From Planctomycetota bacterium (GTDB taxonomy: Bacteria > Planctomycetota > UBA1135 > UBA2386), in contig CANMWZ010000015.1 of assembly GCA_947501605.1 (NCBI GenBank), positions 1 through 64,000 of the forward strand: 64,000 nucleotides of DNA, given 5' to 3'. Below the pieces are notes generated by a model that was not told where the DNA came from, did no database searches, and was given only the letters and a program-made list of their open reading frames with translations. Positions 41,777-51,367 of this stretch are shown piece after piece. The translations under genes and the position numbers were made by a program. The stretch's first letter is position 1, and every line of letters starts with the position of its first letter.

Positions 41777-44503
41777 CTACTTCGTCTCTTTGAGGAAGCC
41801 ATCGCAGATCTCCCGCAGGTATCCAGCGGCGACACTCGGACCGAGGTTGTCGCGGTAGACCTGCCACCGCGCGCAGCCCTCGCGCAACGCCGCCGCGGCA
41901 GTCGGGTCCCCGGGCTTCAGTTCGCGCCTCGCCCACAGCAAGGCAACCTCTGCCTCGATGCACGTCGGGGGCGTCATTCTCTTCGAGAACTCTGCGAACT
42001 GTTCGCAGTACGCGAGCTTCTCCTCGACCGTCCACGACTGCACCTGCGCAGCGAGCTTGGTCGCGGAGAACCAAAACACGCGGCTCGCCGACTCCTCGTC
42101 TTCGCCATCGGCTGCGAGCGGACGCTGGCACTGCGACGCTGCGAGCGCGAGGTGCGCATACGGGTCCATCGATCCGCGCGCATCCCACTCGAAGCCGGCA
42201 AACTGGGTCAGAAAGAGGATTGGCGCCGTGTAGACCTTGGGATCCGCCTTGACCCGCATCAGCTCGTCGAGGAACTCGGCACAGACAACGTCGAAGCGGC
42301 CCCGCAGTGGCCCGTCTAGTTCCGAATCGCCGCGCCCGATCTCTTGCGTGAACCGCTTCGCCAGCTGCGGCTCGAACTCGGCAGCCTCGCGGAAGCGCAC
42401 AACCACGCGGTGCATCGCCTCGGAGTCGGTGTCCGCCTGCCGAACCTGAACGCGGAAGCCAGCTGCCGCCTCGATCAACACCATCGCGGGCCGCTCCGCG
42501 GCTTCTGGCGCGAGCCCAGACTCGGCCAGCCGATCCTCGATCACCCCGAGTGCCTTTGCGGGGTCCCCAGTCTGCAGGCGGACCAGCGCGAGCAACGTCG
42601 CGACCATGTTGGCAGCGAAGCGATCCGTGGCGGTCTCGCGCAGCGTCTTTGCCAGTGCCATATCGAGGCGCACGAGCGCCTCTCGCATCTCCTCTTGACG
42701 AGCGAGCGCAATCGCCATCGTTGCCGGTCGCCTGACGCCGCTGAACATCGGCGTTGCCGACTGGCCAAACTCCTCGTCCTGAAAGGTCTCGCCGACGCGA
42801 TCGCAGGACGAGGCTTCGAGGAGGAGCATCGCGCGGCAACACAAGGTGTCGACCTTCAGGTTGGCAAAGTCGCGCGATGCATCTACAGCCAGCGTGCGCG
42901 AAGCCGTCGCATCACCCGCCTTGGTCTGCTTGCACTCGACGAGCGTCATCAATGCGTCAAGGTGTCGCACACGCTCATCGTTGCGCGATGCCTCCGGCAA
43001 GCTACGAAGGACCCGCAACGCGTCGCCTTCGGAGCCGGACCGCAGGTGGTAGAAGGCGTTCTGCACCACGAGCTCGATGCGCGTCTCCGGACTCATCGCG
43101 ACCCCGGAAGCGAGATGCATGCCCGCCATCGCGCCAACACGACCCGTCACGGTTGCAGCCACCATGTTGGTCGGCACCAACGCCGCGCGCTGGAACACGG
43201 CCCTGGTCAAACCTGGCGAAACCGCGGTCAGCGTGCCCAGATAGAGGTCTTCGTACTCTTGGTCGCCGTGAAACTCTGACTGCATGCGCAGGGCCAGGGC
43301 CAATGCCGCTGTTGCATCCCCTGCATCGCCCGCAATCCCTGCCTCGCACTGCGCCCGAAACGCCGCCAACGCGGCGCGCCTTTCCCACCAACCCTGGCCA
43401 ACAACGAGCAGCGCCGCCATCACCACACCAGCGCCGGCGATCGCCGGCCACCGACGCATCACGGCCACCGCCAGCTTCTCGCGGGCAAACACTGGTCCCT
43501 TTCCTGCCAGCAACCGCGAGAGGTCCGTCGCCAAGTCCTTGGCACTCGCATGGCGCTTGGCCGGGTCCTTCTGGAGCGCCTTCGCGAACACGCAGTCAAA
43601 GCCCTTGGGCAGCGAACGCGCCACCGCTGAGAGCGGCTTGACGATGCCGAAGGCAATCTCGCGAAACACCCCCACGCCCCGTTCGTCGGCGAGCACCAGC
43701 TTGCGACCGCTCAACAACTCGTAGAAGCACGCGGCGAGGCTGTAGATGTCCGAGCGCCCGTCGAGCTGGGTCATCGCCAGAACCTGCTCCGGGCTCATGT
43801 ACGGAACGGTGCCCGCCAACGCATCGACGATCGGGTCCGTCGACACATCGAGCGACAGCCCAAAGTCGATCACGTAGGGAAACCCATCCTCGGCGATCAT
43901 CACGTTCGACGGCTTCACGTCGCGGTGGACGATGCCGTGTTCGTGCATTGCGTGCAGCGCCAGCGCGAGGTCGCGCATCCACGCCAGGTAGCGCAGTCCG
44001 TCCTTCGGCGAGAGCGGCGTGGTGGCATCGTCCCACCGCTGCTCGAAGACCTCGCGCAGCGTCTGGCCGCGGACGAGTTGCATCGCCATCCACGCGAGAC
44101 CGTGGTCGACACCGTGATCGTAGACCTGCACCACTCCGCGGTGGTCGATGCTGCCGAGCGCCGAAGCTTCTTCGCGCAGCACGTGGGCGAGATCCGATCC
44201 GGCCGGCGCCGTCTTGATCGCGACGGCCTTGCCGGTCGTGGCATGAACGCCGCGATAGACCGTGCCCATACCACCGCGGCCGATCGGCGCTTCGACGCGG
44301 TAGGGGCCGAGCTGCGTCGGGGGCTCCGTTGCCACGAACCGCTGCGCCTCGTTCGCCAACCGTGCCGACAGGCTCGTCAGGACCTTGCTCGCGGTGCGCT
44401 GGAACTCGTCGTCCAACCCGTCGCCGAGAAAGTGATGCAACAGCTCCGGCGGAACAGACGCGCCCACAATCGGGCCCACGGACGGTTCATGGTGGCGTGA
44501 CAC
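41777..44503 (-). CDS. Membrane-anchored Ser/Thr protein kinase with a long helical extracytoplasmic region
   Basis: GRGGMGTVY, VAIK, HRDVKPSN, DFG, GTVPYMSPEQ, SDIYSL; TM WPAIAGAGVVMAALLVV. Confidence 0.92.
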   Translation of the reverse strand: MSRHHEPSVGPIVGASVPPELLHHFLGDGLDDEFQRTASKVLTSLSARLANEAQRFVATEPPTQLGPYRVEAPIGRGGMGTVYRGVHATTGKAVAIKTAPAGSDLAHVLREEASALGSIDHRGVVQVYDHGVDHGLAWMAMQLVRGQTLREVFEQRWDDATTPLSPKDGLRYLAWMRDLALALHAMHEHGIVHRDVKPSNVMIAEDGFPYVIDFGLSLDVSTDPIVDALAGTVPYMSPEQVLAMTQLDGRSDIYSLAACFYELLSGRKLVLADERGVGVFREIAFGIVKPLSAVARSLPKGFDCVFAKALQKDPAKRHASAKDLATDLSRLLAGKGPVFAREKLAVAVMRRWPAIAGAGVVMAALLVVGQGWWERRAALAAFRAQCEAGIAGDAGDATAALALALRMQSEFHGDQEYEDLYLGTLTAVSPGLTRAVFQRAALVPTNMVAATVTGRVGAMAGMHLASGVAMSPETRIELVVQNAFYHLRSGSEGDALRVLRSLPEASRNDERVRHLDALMTLVECKQTKAGDATASRTLAVDASRDFANLKVDTLCCRAMLLLEASSCDRVGETFQDEEFGQSATPMFSGVRRPATMAIALARQEEMREALVRLDMALAKTLRETATDRFAANMVATLLALVRLQTGDPAKALGVIEDRLAESGLAPEAAERPAMVLIEAAAGFRVQVRQADTDSEAMHRVVVRFREAAEFEPQLAKRFTQEIGRGDSELDGPLRGRFDVVCAEFLDELMRVKADPKVYTAPILFLTQFAGFEWDARGSMDPYAHLALAASQCQRPLAADGEDEESASRVFWFSATKLAAQVQSWTVEEKLAYCEQFAEFSKRMTPPTCIEAEVALLWARRELKPGDPTAAAALREGCARWQVYRDNLGPSVAAGYLREICDGFLKETK

Positions 44504-44608
44504 GAGTTCCCGATCGAGGCGATCCCTCGTCAGGAGAGGGCGAGATGGATCGCGCCGAGACTGTAGTCCCTGCCGCGAGCACCGGTCAACCGCTGGGCTC
44601 CTGCCGAC

Positions 44609-45310
44609 TCACCCGCCGGCGCCCATCCCCTCCAGCACTTTGTCCACCGCCGCGACCAGCAACTGATAGCTCGCGAGCTGCCCTTCCCTGAACACGGTCG
44701 CGCTGCGCAGCAGGTTGCGAAACTCGTTCTGCGGCGCCAGCGCGCGGAACGCCTCGTGGTAGCCGCTCGCTGAGGCGCCGCTCATCTCGACTTGGAAGCT
44801 CGGCCCGTGCGCATCCAGGTACGGGAACAGGCGCTCCAGGACGAAGCTGCGGTTGACTGCGTCCCATTCGGTCGCAATCGGATAGATGCGGTCGTAGAGG
44901 GCAATGATCTGGTGCAGCAGGAGCTTGTCGCGCAGGAGTCGCGAGCCCCCGAGTTGTTGCAGCTCGAGATAGGTCGAACGCGACGGGGCAAACGACACAT
45001 AGCCAAGCGCTACGTCCATCGCGGCGTCGAGTTCGCGTTCGCTCAGGGCTGCCGTGTCGGGCTGGAGCAGACGGCGAACACTGGCGATGTCCTGCTCGAT
45101 TCGCGTTCGGCGCTTCAGCAACTCGGCACGGTCGACGCGCAGCTCAGCAACGAGTCCTCGCAGCAGCCGCGTCTCTTGCTTGCGGTCCTCCCGCTGGTCG
45201 CGCCATTCTTGCAACCAGAACGAGATCGTGATGCCGAGCACGACGACCAGGAGTTCGAGGACGAGTTTGCCGCGCAGGCCGCGGGAAGGCGCCGGAGTCG
45301 CGTGGGACAT
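44609..45310 (-). CDS. DUF6090-like membrane-anchored protein
   Basis: ELLVVVLGITISFWLQEW…E..LL..L..EL..D and TYLELQQLG patterns. Confidence 0.7.
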   Translation of the reverse strand: MSHATPAPSRGLRGKLVLELLVVVLGITISFWLQEWRDQREDRKQETRLLRGLVAELRVDRAELLKRRTRIEQDIASVRRLLQPDTAALSERELDAAMDVALGYVSFAPSRSTYLELQQLGGSRLLRDKLLLHQIIALYDRIYPIATEWDAVNRSFVLERLFPYLDAHGPSFQVEMSGASASGYHEAFRALAPQNEFRNLLRSATVFREGQLASYQLLVAAVDKVLEGMGAGG

Positions 45311-45464
45311 CGCGACAAGACTAGTGCAAGGAGCCACTGCCACGAAACCAACCTAGCACGCCGGGATTCCGTGATGGGTAAGGGGCGGCGCTCGCGGACT
45401 CCCTTGCGACCGGCAGGCCCGACCACGGGCGGTGCCGCCTTCCCCCCCGCAGGAGATCCCGATC

Positions 45465-46274
45465 ATGGCCACCGCGACCATCCATCACCCGGAAAGCCCC
45501 GCGCTCCGCGAGCGCCTGCTGCAGCTGTCGAAGCGCACTCATCACGAAGGCCTCTGCCGTATCGCCGAGCGCACCTCGCCGCTCGATGGCAGCCCACTGC
45601 AAACCGATCTCGATTGCAGTGATTGGCTCAGCACGAGCCTGATGAACGTGTTCAAGACAACCGGCGATGCCGAAGCATTCGCCCTGTTGTTCGAACTCAA
45701 CTCGGCTGATTTCCTGCGCACGATTCGAGCGCGGCTGCGCAACTGCAGTGGTGTCGATGCCAACGACGTGCTGCAGGACGCCTTCGTCAACATGTTTCGC
45801 TACCCGAGCCGCTTCGACCCCTCGCGTCCCGATGCGTTCCGCAACTGGGGCCATCGCATCGTGCGCAACACGACGTTCGCGAGTATCCGTGGCCTGCAGC
45901 GGCAACCCCAGGCACTGATCGCCGACGACGAATTCTTGCCACAGGTCGACACCAACACAGTGGCGCCCGAGCTCGCGGCCGCCAACCACGAGATCGCTGC
46001 GACCGTCGATCAGGCGTGGCTGCTGTTCTTGTCGCTCTATCTCGTGGAGTTTGGCCGCCTCAGCCAGAAGGAACAGCGCGCGTTGACCCTCGTCGAGGTC
46101 GAGAGGAACAGCTATCGCGAGACCGCGGCTCAGCTCGGCGTCTGCATCGCCAACCTGAAGATGGTGATCTTCCGGGCCAGAAAGCGTGTGGCCCGCGGCC
46201 TCGCCGAAGCACTGGCGGCACTTGACCGCCAGGAGTGCATCGTCGCTTCACCGAAGCTCGCCATTGCCGGCTGA
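45465..46274 (+). CDS. ECF RNA polymerase sigma factor with N-terminal extension
   Basis: AGGAG RBS; GDAEAFALLF, DVLQDAF, FRNW, LSQKEQRAL.L…SYRETA.QLG…KMVIFRARK. Confidence 0.85.
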   Translation: MATATIHHPESPALRERLLQLSKRTHHEGLCRIAERTSPLDGSPLQTDLDCSDWLSTSLMNVFKTTGDAEAFALLFELNSADFLRTIRARLRNCSGVDANDVLQDAFVNMFRYPSRFDPSRPDAFRNWGHRIVRNTTFASIRGLQRQPQALIADDEFLPQVDTNTVAPELAAANHEIAATVDQAWLLFLSLYLVEFGRLSQKEQRALTLVEVERNSYRETAAQLGVCIANLKMVIFRARKRVARGLAEALAALDRQECIVASPKLAIAG

Positions 46275-46389
46275 GTGCCAAGAAGTGGCTTCGTCAGCAG
46301 ACCTGCGCACGAAGCAGTGCGCCGGCGGCAAAGGGCAAGGAGTGGACTCGCAGCGGCAGCCACGGGGGTTACTTGGCACCCACCTCGAC

Positions 46390-48504
46390 TCAGCGCGGCA
46401 TGACCGCCCACCATTCGGCGCTGCCCCAGGTAGTGGGCGCCCCGAGACCGGTGACGATTTGGTCGCAACGCCCGACCAGGGCGGGATCCAGTCCGCGATG
46501 CAGTTCGCGGCAGATCAGCACCGACGGAAAGATCCACTCCCAGAAGCTGATGCCGACCTGCACGTCCGGGCTGCCTTCGTAGTAGCTGCTCGCCGGCAGA
46601 GCCTGACCTTCTTGCGCACCTTGCAGATAGCGCACATTGGTGCACGCGACCCAGGTCCCGTTCCGGTTGTAGATGCAGTGGTTCACGATCATCTTCGAGA
46701 CCTCCATCGCCATCTGCCGGTAGCGCGGGTCGCCGGTGACACGGTAGGCTGCGTAGTAGCCCATCGTGGCGATGCTGTGCTCCCAGACCACGATCGCTGG
46801 CACGGCACTGCCATCTTGTTCGCGGAAGGTCGGCGAGCTGCCGAGCGCCATCGCCCGGATCGGCCTCGTCGGGTCATTGACGAAGTTGCGGCCCGGCCAG
46901 ATCGCGCGCAGATTGTCGATGCGCCTGCCCATGTGGATCAACAACGCCTGCCGCTCGGACTCCTCGTCGAGCAGCAACACCATGTTGCTCCAGGCCAGTT
47001 CCAGTCGGCCTTCGGCACGAGGCGAGTCGACGAAACCGGGCTGCTGCGTCAGATCGATTTGGAGCAGATCCTTCTGCGCTTGGCGCAAGGCGTAGCTCCC
47101 GGTCAACGCGAGCTGCGCGTTGAGGTTGTTCTGCGAACGATGTTGATCGTCGATCCCGGACCAACCGTTGGATGGCCAGCTGTACGGGAATGGGCACGGC
47201 AAGCCCAGCGTGTCGCCGGTCGTGCGGCAGTTGATGATCTGACTCCACGTGCGCAGATTCGGATGATTCACGGCCTGCAGTGGCGAGCCGTCGGCTTCGC
47301 GATAGTGGAAGGGCCGCCCGAACATCTCGTACATCGAGTAGCCCGCTTCCCACAGGTAGCGCGGGTCACCGACAGTCACGGCAAGCGAGCCCTTGCAGGC
47401 GCCAAAGTCCTCTTGCCCACCGGTCGATCCCGCCTGCGGCGCCAGCCCTCTTGGTCGCGCTGCGTAGTAATCCCGCGTCGTGCTCAGGAGATTGCGAAAG
47501 GACGCGGCGCTCGCGTTGGCCGCATTCCAGCCGCCGTTCTGCTGGCCGGCCGGAACTTCGGGGACCCACCCGCAGGCGAGCCACTTGCCATTCCAGTTGT
47601 CGGCCACCGCAACCACGGGGCCGCGCGTCTCGGCGACAAAGTTGGTAGCGCGCTCCTCCGGGGTCAGCAACAGGGGCCGCGAGCCGTAGGGGAACGACAA
47701 CGTGTCGACCGGCCGCCCCGGACTCGGCACGGCGAGGACCGTGCCACTGAAGAACATCTGCTCGCCGCGACCCATGGTTCGGCGCGGTGACAGGACCTGG
47801 ATCCAGTTGCCAAAGCTGCTGTGCCACGGCCAGAAGTCCTGCCGCCCGGGGGGCTGCATGCCCTCGATGCGGCGATAGTCGAACGACATGAACTCCCCGG
47901 CCTCGACCCACATGGCCTCGAACTCGTAGCTGAGATCCGCGACACGAGGATCGCTGAAGGTCACCGTCATCTCGAACTTCATCACGTCCGACGTCGAGTA
48001 GAGGTAGATCCACTCATCGAAGATCAGCGGCGTCGTGCCGATGCGGGCACGCAGGTGAAACACGCGGCGCGCGCGGTTGTCCTCGACTTGCAAGAAGTGG
48101 ATCACCGAGAGTCGATGCTCGATCCCATCCTTCATCACCCGCAGCCGCGGAATGGTGGCGAACGAATCGTCGTCGACCCAAGGCGACGTGGCGAACGGCG
48201 GCATCTGCGCCGGGTCCGAGGTGATCGGCAGGAGCGGCGCGACGAACGACTGGTTCGGTTGCAGCTCGACGTAGGCGTGGAACATCTGCGAGTGCAGACC
48301 GACGCGAGCGCCCTTCAGGGCAACGAAGCCGCCGAGGTCACACTGCTCAGGCAGGTTGGCGCCATCGCTCAGCGGTACGGCGAAGTCGACCCACTGCTTG
48401 CGCGGCAGATCAGCGAGGTTGGTGACGCGCACATTTTGCGCCAGAAGTGGAACAGACAGAACGGCGCCGACGAGCGCCATGAACCAGGTGGTGCGTTGGA
48501 TCAT
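46390..48504 (-). CDS. Exported hypothetical protein (704 aa)
   Basis: Signal peptide (…VPLLAQ); Trp-rich; helical C-terminal region (YRVTGDPRY). Confidence 0.75.
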   Translation of the reverse strand: MIQRTTWFMALVGAVLSVPLLAQNVRVTNLADLPRKQWVDFAVPLSDGANLPEQCDLGGFVALKGARVGLHSQMFHAYVELQPNQSFVAPLLPITSDPAQMPPFATSPWVDDDSFATIPRLRVMKDGIEHRLSVIHFLQVEDNRARRVFHLRARIGTTPLIFDEWIYLYSTSDVMKFEMTVTFSDPRVADLSYEFEAMWVEAGEFMSFDYRRIEGMQPPGRQDFWPWHSSFGNWIQVLSPRRTMGRGEQMFFSGTVLAVPSPGRPVDTLSFPYGSRPLLLTPEERATNFVAETRGPVVAVADNWNGKWLACGWVPEVPAGQQNGGWNAANASAASFRNLLSTTRDYYAARPRGLAPQAGSTGGQEDFGACKGSLAVTVGDPRYLWEAGYSMYEMFGRPFHYREADGSPLQAVNHPNLRTWSQIINCRTTGDTLGLPCPFPYSWPSNGWSGIDDQHRSQNNLNAQLALTGSYALRQAQKDLLQIDLTQQPGFVDSPRAEGRLELAWSNMVLLLDEESERQALLIHMGRRIDNLRAIWPGRNFVNDPTRPIRAMALGSSPTFREQDGSAVPAIVVWEHSIATMGYYAAYRVTGDPRYRQMAMEVSKMIVNHCIYNRNGTWVACTNVRYLQGAQEGQALPASSYYEGSPDVQVGISFWEWIFPSVLICRELHRGLDPALVGRCDQIVTGLGAPTTWGSAEWWAVMPR

Positions 48505-48942
48505 GCGGAACGGACGGAGGGAGAGGACCTGGGGGCTCCCGGCTGCTGCCGCCGTGCCGATCGCGGTGCGAACCGTCGTCCGTCCGTAGCAATCCGCATG
48601 GCACGCAAGCCGCCAGAGTCTGCCCGCAACTACGCACAAGGGGAGGTCCTCTGGTCCGACGGAATCGAAGTGCTGAGAACCGCATCCGAATGCCAGTGCG
48701 GGGCGGCACTTCGGCTGCTGCGGCGAGACTGCGTCAGACCAATCGAGCCACAATTCTGAGCTCTCTGGCATCCGCGTTCTCGCCGTCCGACCCATAGGAA
48801 CTGCGGCGCCGCTCCTTCCGGCAGGGCCGTCGACCGCTAGCGGCAAACCTGCAGCGCCGCCGATGCGAAGAACCGACGTGCTTTGCGTGAAGCCAGCATC
48901 GCCGAGCCGCGCCGCCACAGTCTCACGATCACTCGGCGCCGC

Positions 48943-49971
48943 TCAGCGGGGCGACTTCTTTGGCTCCAGCAACCACGTGTGCATCGTCGTCTCGATCTCC
49001 GTCCAGTGGACCTTGTAGTCCATCTTTGGCCCCATGTCGTAGCGTGCGATGCCCTCTTCGCACAGCCAGCGCAGTTGTTCCCATTGCAGCAGATTGCCGA
49101 TCGACGACGAGTGCCACGCGTCGGCGTAGCTGAACTGCTGGCCGCGATAGACCTGACCCGCGATCCCGCCAAACACGTAGCCGATGTCGAGGCCGTCGTG
49201 ACGGGCGAACATCACCCGCGCCGACGCCGACCGCGAAAGGCGCAGCAGCATCGAGCGGTAGAACTCGCGCGAACCAGCCACCGCCATGCCACACTCGCCG
49301 ATGCCTTTCCAACTGACCAACTCGGCCGCGATCATGCGCTCGTACAGCGCCAGAGCCATGACTTCGGTGTTCGGCACCTGACGTTCGAAGGTGATGGCCT
49401 GGTCGCGGGCCCGCCGCACCGTCTGCCGCAGTCGTCGCCGAAAGTGCGCCGACCGCCGCGACAGCCAGCCGTCGAGGCCGCCAGCGAGCTTCGCGCTGCT
49501 CTGAACCGCAACATCGACCCGGTACAGCTCAAAGCGACGCTGGAAGCGCCGCCACAACGACTCGGCGAGTTCGCCGTCGGGCAAGACCCCACTGATGAGG
49601 ACGGCATTCGGGCTCTGCGTCCCTGGCAGCGTGGCGAGGAGTGCATCGAGCAGATCGACGGCGCGCGCCCCGAGCAGCGGACAGCCAAAGCGCCAGCTCG
49701 CCTCAACGGGCTCCAGCACGCGACCGAGGTCCTGGTAGGTCCGCTCACAGAGCGCCACGACGCTGCCGCAACTCTCGACCACATGAACCGGCCGCTGCGG
49801 CAAGAAGACTTCGTGGAACGACAGCGCCCACTCGGTGCGGCAGCAGAACGGATCGCCGTGGACGGTCGCTGCCGCGGCGCGATTCCACGCCGAGTCGGCG
49901 TGGTCCTCTTCGGCGAACGTGCCGTTGCGCATCCCGGCCCGCACGGCTGCAGCTTGCTCGTTCTTGCTCAT
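48943..49971 (-). CDS. GNAT-family N-acetyltransferase (CelD/BcsL-like)
   Basis: WLSRRSAHFRRRLRQ, SWK, YADAWHSSSIGNLL, YDMGPKMDYK.HW. Confidence 0.75.
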   Translation of the reverse strand: MSKNEQAAAVRAGMRNGTFAEEDHADSAWNRAAAATVHGDPFCCRTEWALSFHEVFLPQRPVHVVESCGSVVALCERTYQDLGRVLEPVEASWRFGCPLLGARAVDLLDALLATLPGTQSPNAVLISGVLPDGELAESLWRRFQRRFELYRVDVAVQSSAKLAGGLDGWLSRRSAHFRRRLRQTVRRARDQAITFERQVPNTEVMALALYERMIAAELVSWKGIGECGMAVAGSREFYRSMLLRLSRSASARVMFARHDGLDIGYVFGGIAGQVYRGQQFSYADAWHSSSIGNLLQWEQLRWLCEEGIARYDMGPKMDYKVHWTEIETTMHTWLLEPKKSPR

Positions 49972-50038
49972 GCGAGTTTGCCGTGCCCACGCTACGCCCG
50001 CAGTGCGGGGTCGGCAACGCGCCCGAGTGCGCCAGCCG

Positions 50039-51328
50039 CTACTTGTTCGTCTTCTCGGCGGCGTCCATCGCCTCGAGCTCGCGCTGCAGCCACTCACGCA
50101 TCGTCACTGCCGTGCCGTCAGCGCCGAGCACCGTGTGCGGCTCGCCGGTCCGACGCGACGTGCTGGCGACGTCGTCAACGAACGTCGCGACCGTGAGCTT
50201 GCGCCCGCTCGGCCCGCTCGCGGCCAGCGACAACGACCGCGCCGCCAAGAGGCCATCGAACTTGACTCCGTCTCGCAGGAAGGTGTCCCCGCTCGCGGCC
50301 ACTCGACGGACCAATATCGCGATGCGATCTGGCATGTAGCCCGCGGCCGGTCGCACGAACAGTTCGGCATGGTCGTCGCCAATCAGGCGGTTCTGCAAGC
50401 GCTCGACGACCAGCACATAGCGCTCGTCCGCGACCGCGAACTCGACGGCCTCGCGTTCGAAGACCAAGCGATGCGCGAGGACCTCACGACCGTTCGCGTC
50501 GCGGATCTCGAGCTCGGTGCCCCCCATCGTGATGTCGCCGATCCTGACCACGAGCCAACCCCGACTGCCGGGCATGTAGGAGGCCTCGCGTTGGATCACC
50601 GAGAACTCGGCCGTGCCGTCGAGCGCGAGCCTTCGGGGCGCGAACTCGAACACGAAGCTCGCGGGCACCCCGTCGAGCTCGGCCTCGACGCAGAGCTGCT
50701 CTGACTTCGCCACGAGCTCGCGCAACTGGTCGTCGAAGCGCAACTCCATGACCTCGCTCTCCGCGACTCGGAGGAACGGCAGACGGTGCTCGGCCGAAGA
50801 CGCCGTCGCCTTGTCAATTCGACCGCGCGGTGCACGGAGCTCGATCGCCGTGATGCCTTCGCCGTCGAACCACGTCGAGGACAGCACGCTGCCGTCGTGA
50901 ACAGTTCCCGAGTCGGTGCGCAGGCGACAGCCCAGCGAGGTCTCGCGCACGCCCTTCGCGACCCAGAGAATGGGCGCGCTCGAGACGGCGCCGATGCCCG
51001 AAGAATCCCCGTTCGCACCGGAAGCATGCACGAACAGCCGGCCGTGAGTGGCGCCTCGAGGCAGCATTGCTGCGACTTCGGGCGTGGCCAGGTTGAGTTG
51101 CCAACTCGTGGCCCCACTTCGGCGCATCGGGACCGTCGGGCCGCCGAGCAATGCGCCGAGCGCGACAGCACGTGGGAAGCCCTGGACCTCGACCTCGAGC
51201 ATCAGGTTGGAGCCGGGGTCCGCGGGCAGCACGACCTTCTGCGGCACCTGCACGAGCCGGATCGCCAACTGCGCCGAGGCGGGCGAAAGGAGCAAGGACA
51301 TGAGCCCGATGGCGCGGAACGCGATCAT
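50039..51328 (-). CDS. Exported protein with a C-terminal DUF5329-like domain
   Basis: Signal peptide (…PASAQ); C-terminal TFLRDG…FVDDVASTS..TGEPHTV…DG…EWL. Confidence 0.65.
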   Translation of the reverse strand: MIAFRAIGLMSLLLSPASAQLAIRLVQVPQKVVLPADPGSNLMLEVEVQGFPRAVALGALLGGPTVPMRRSGATSWQLNLATPEVAAMLPRGATHGRLFVHASGANGDSSGIGAVSSAPILWVAKGVRETSLGCRLRTDSGTVHDGSVLSSTWFDGEGITAIELRAPRGRIDKATASSAEHRLPFLRVAESEVMELRFDDQLRELVAKSEQLCVEAELDGVPASFVFEFAPRRLALDGTAEFSVIQREASYMPGSRGWLVVRIGDITMGGTELEIRDANGREVLAHRLVFEREAVEFAVADERYVLVVERLQNRLIGDDHAELFVRPAAGYMPDRIAILVRRVAASGDTFLRDGVKFDGLLAARSLSLAASGPSGRKLTVATFVDDVASTSRRTGEPHTVLGADGTAVTMREWLQRELEAMDAAEKTNK

Positions 51329-51367
51329 CGCAACAGCATACGGCCACCGCGCGCGGGCCCCTGCAGT

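Noticed and set aside
46275..46379. Interrupted inverted repeat (gtgccaag/cttggcac, gtggct/agccac) spanning a convergent gap
   Set aside because: The arms are short and interrupted; they are compatible with chance or a simple terminator structure.
48840..48900. ACGCAAAGC on the minus strand as a c-di-GMP-I riboswitch core
   Set aside because: The required upstream GGCAAAC-P2 element is absent on that strand; an Infernal search would settle it.
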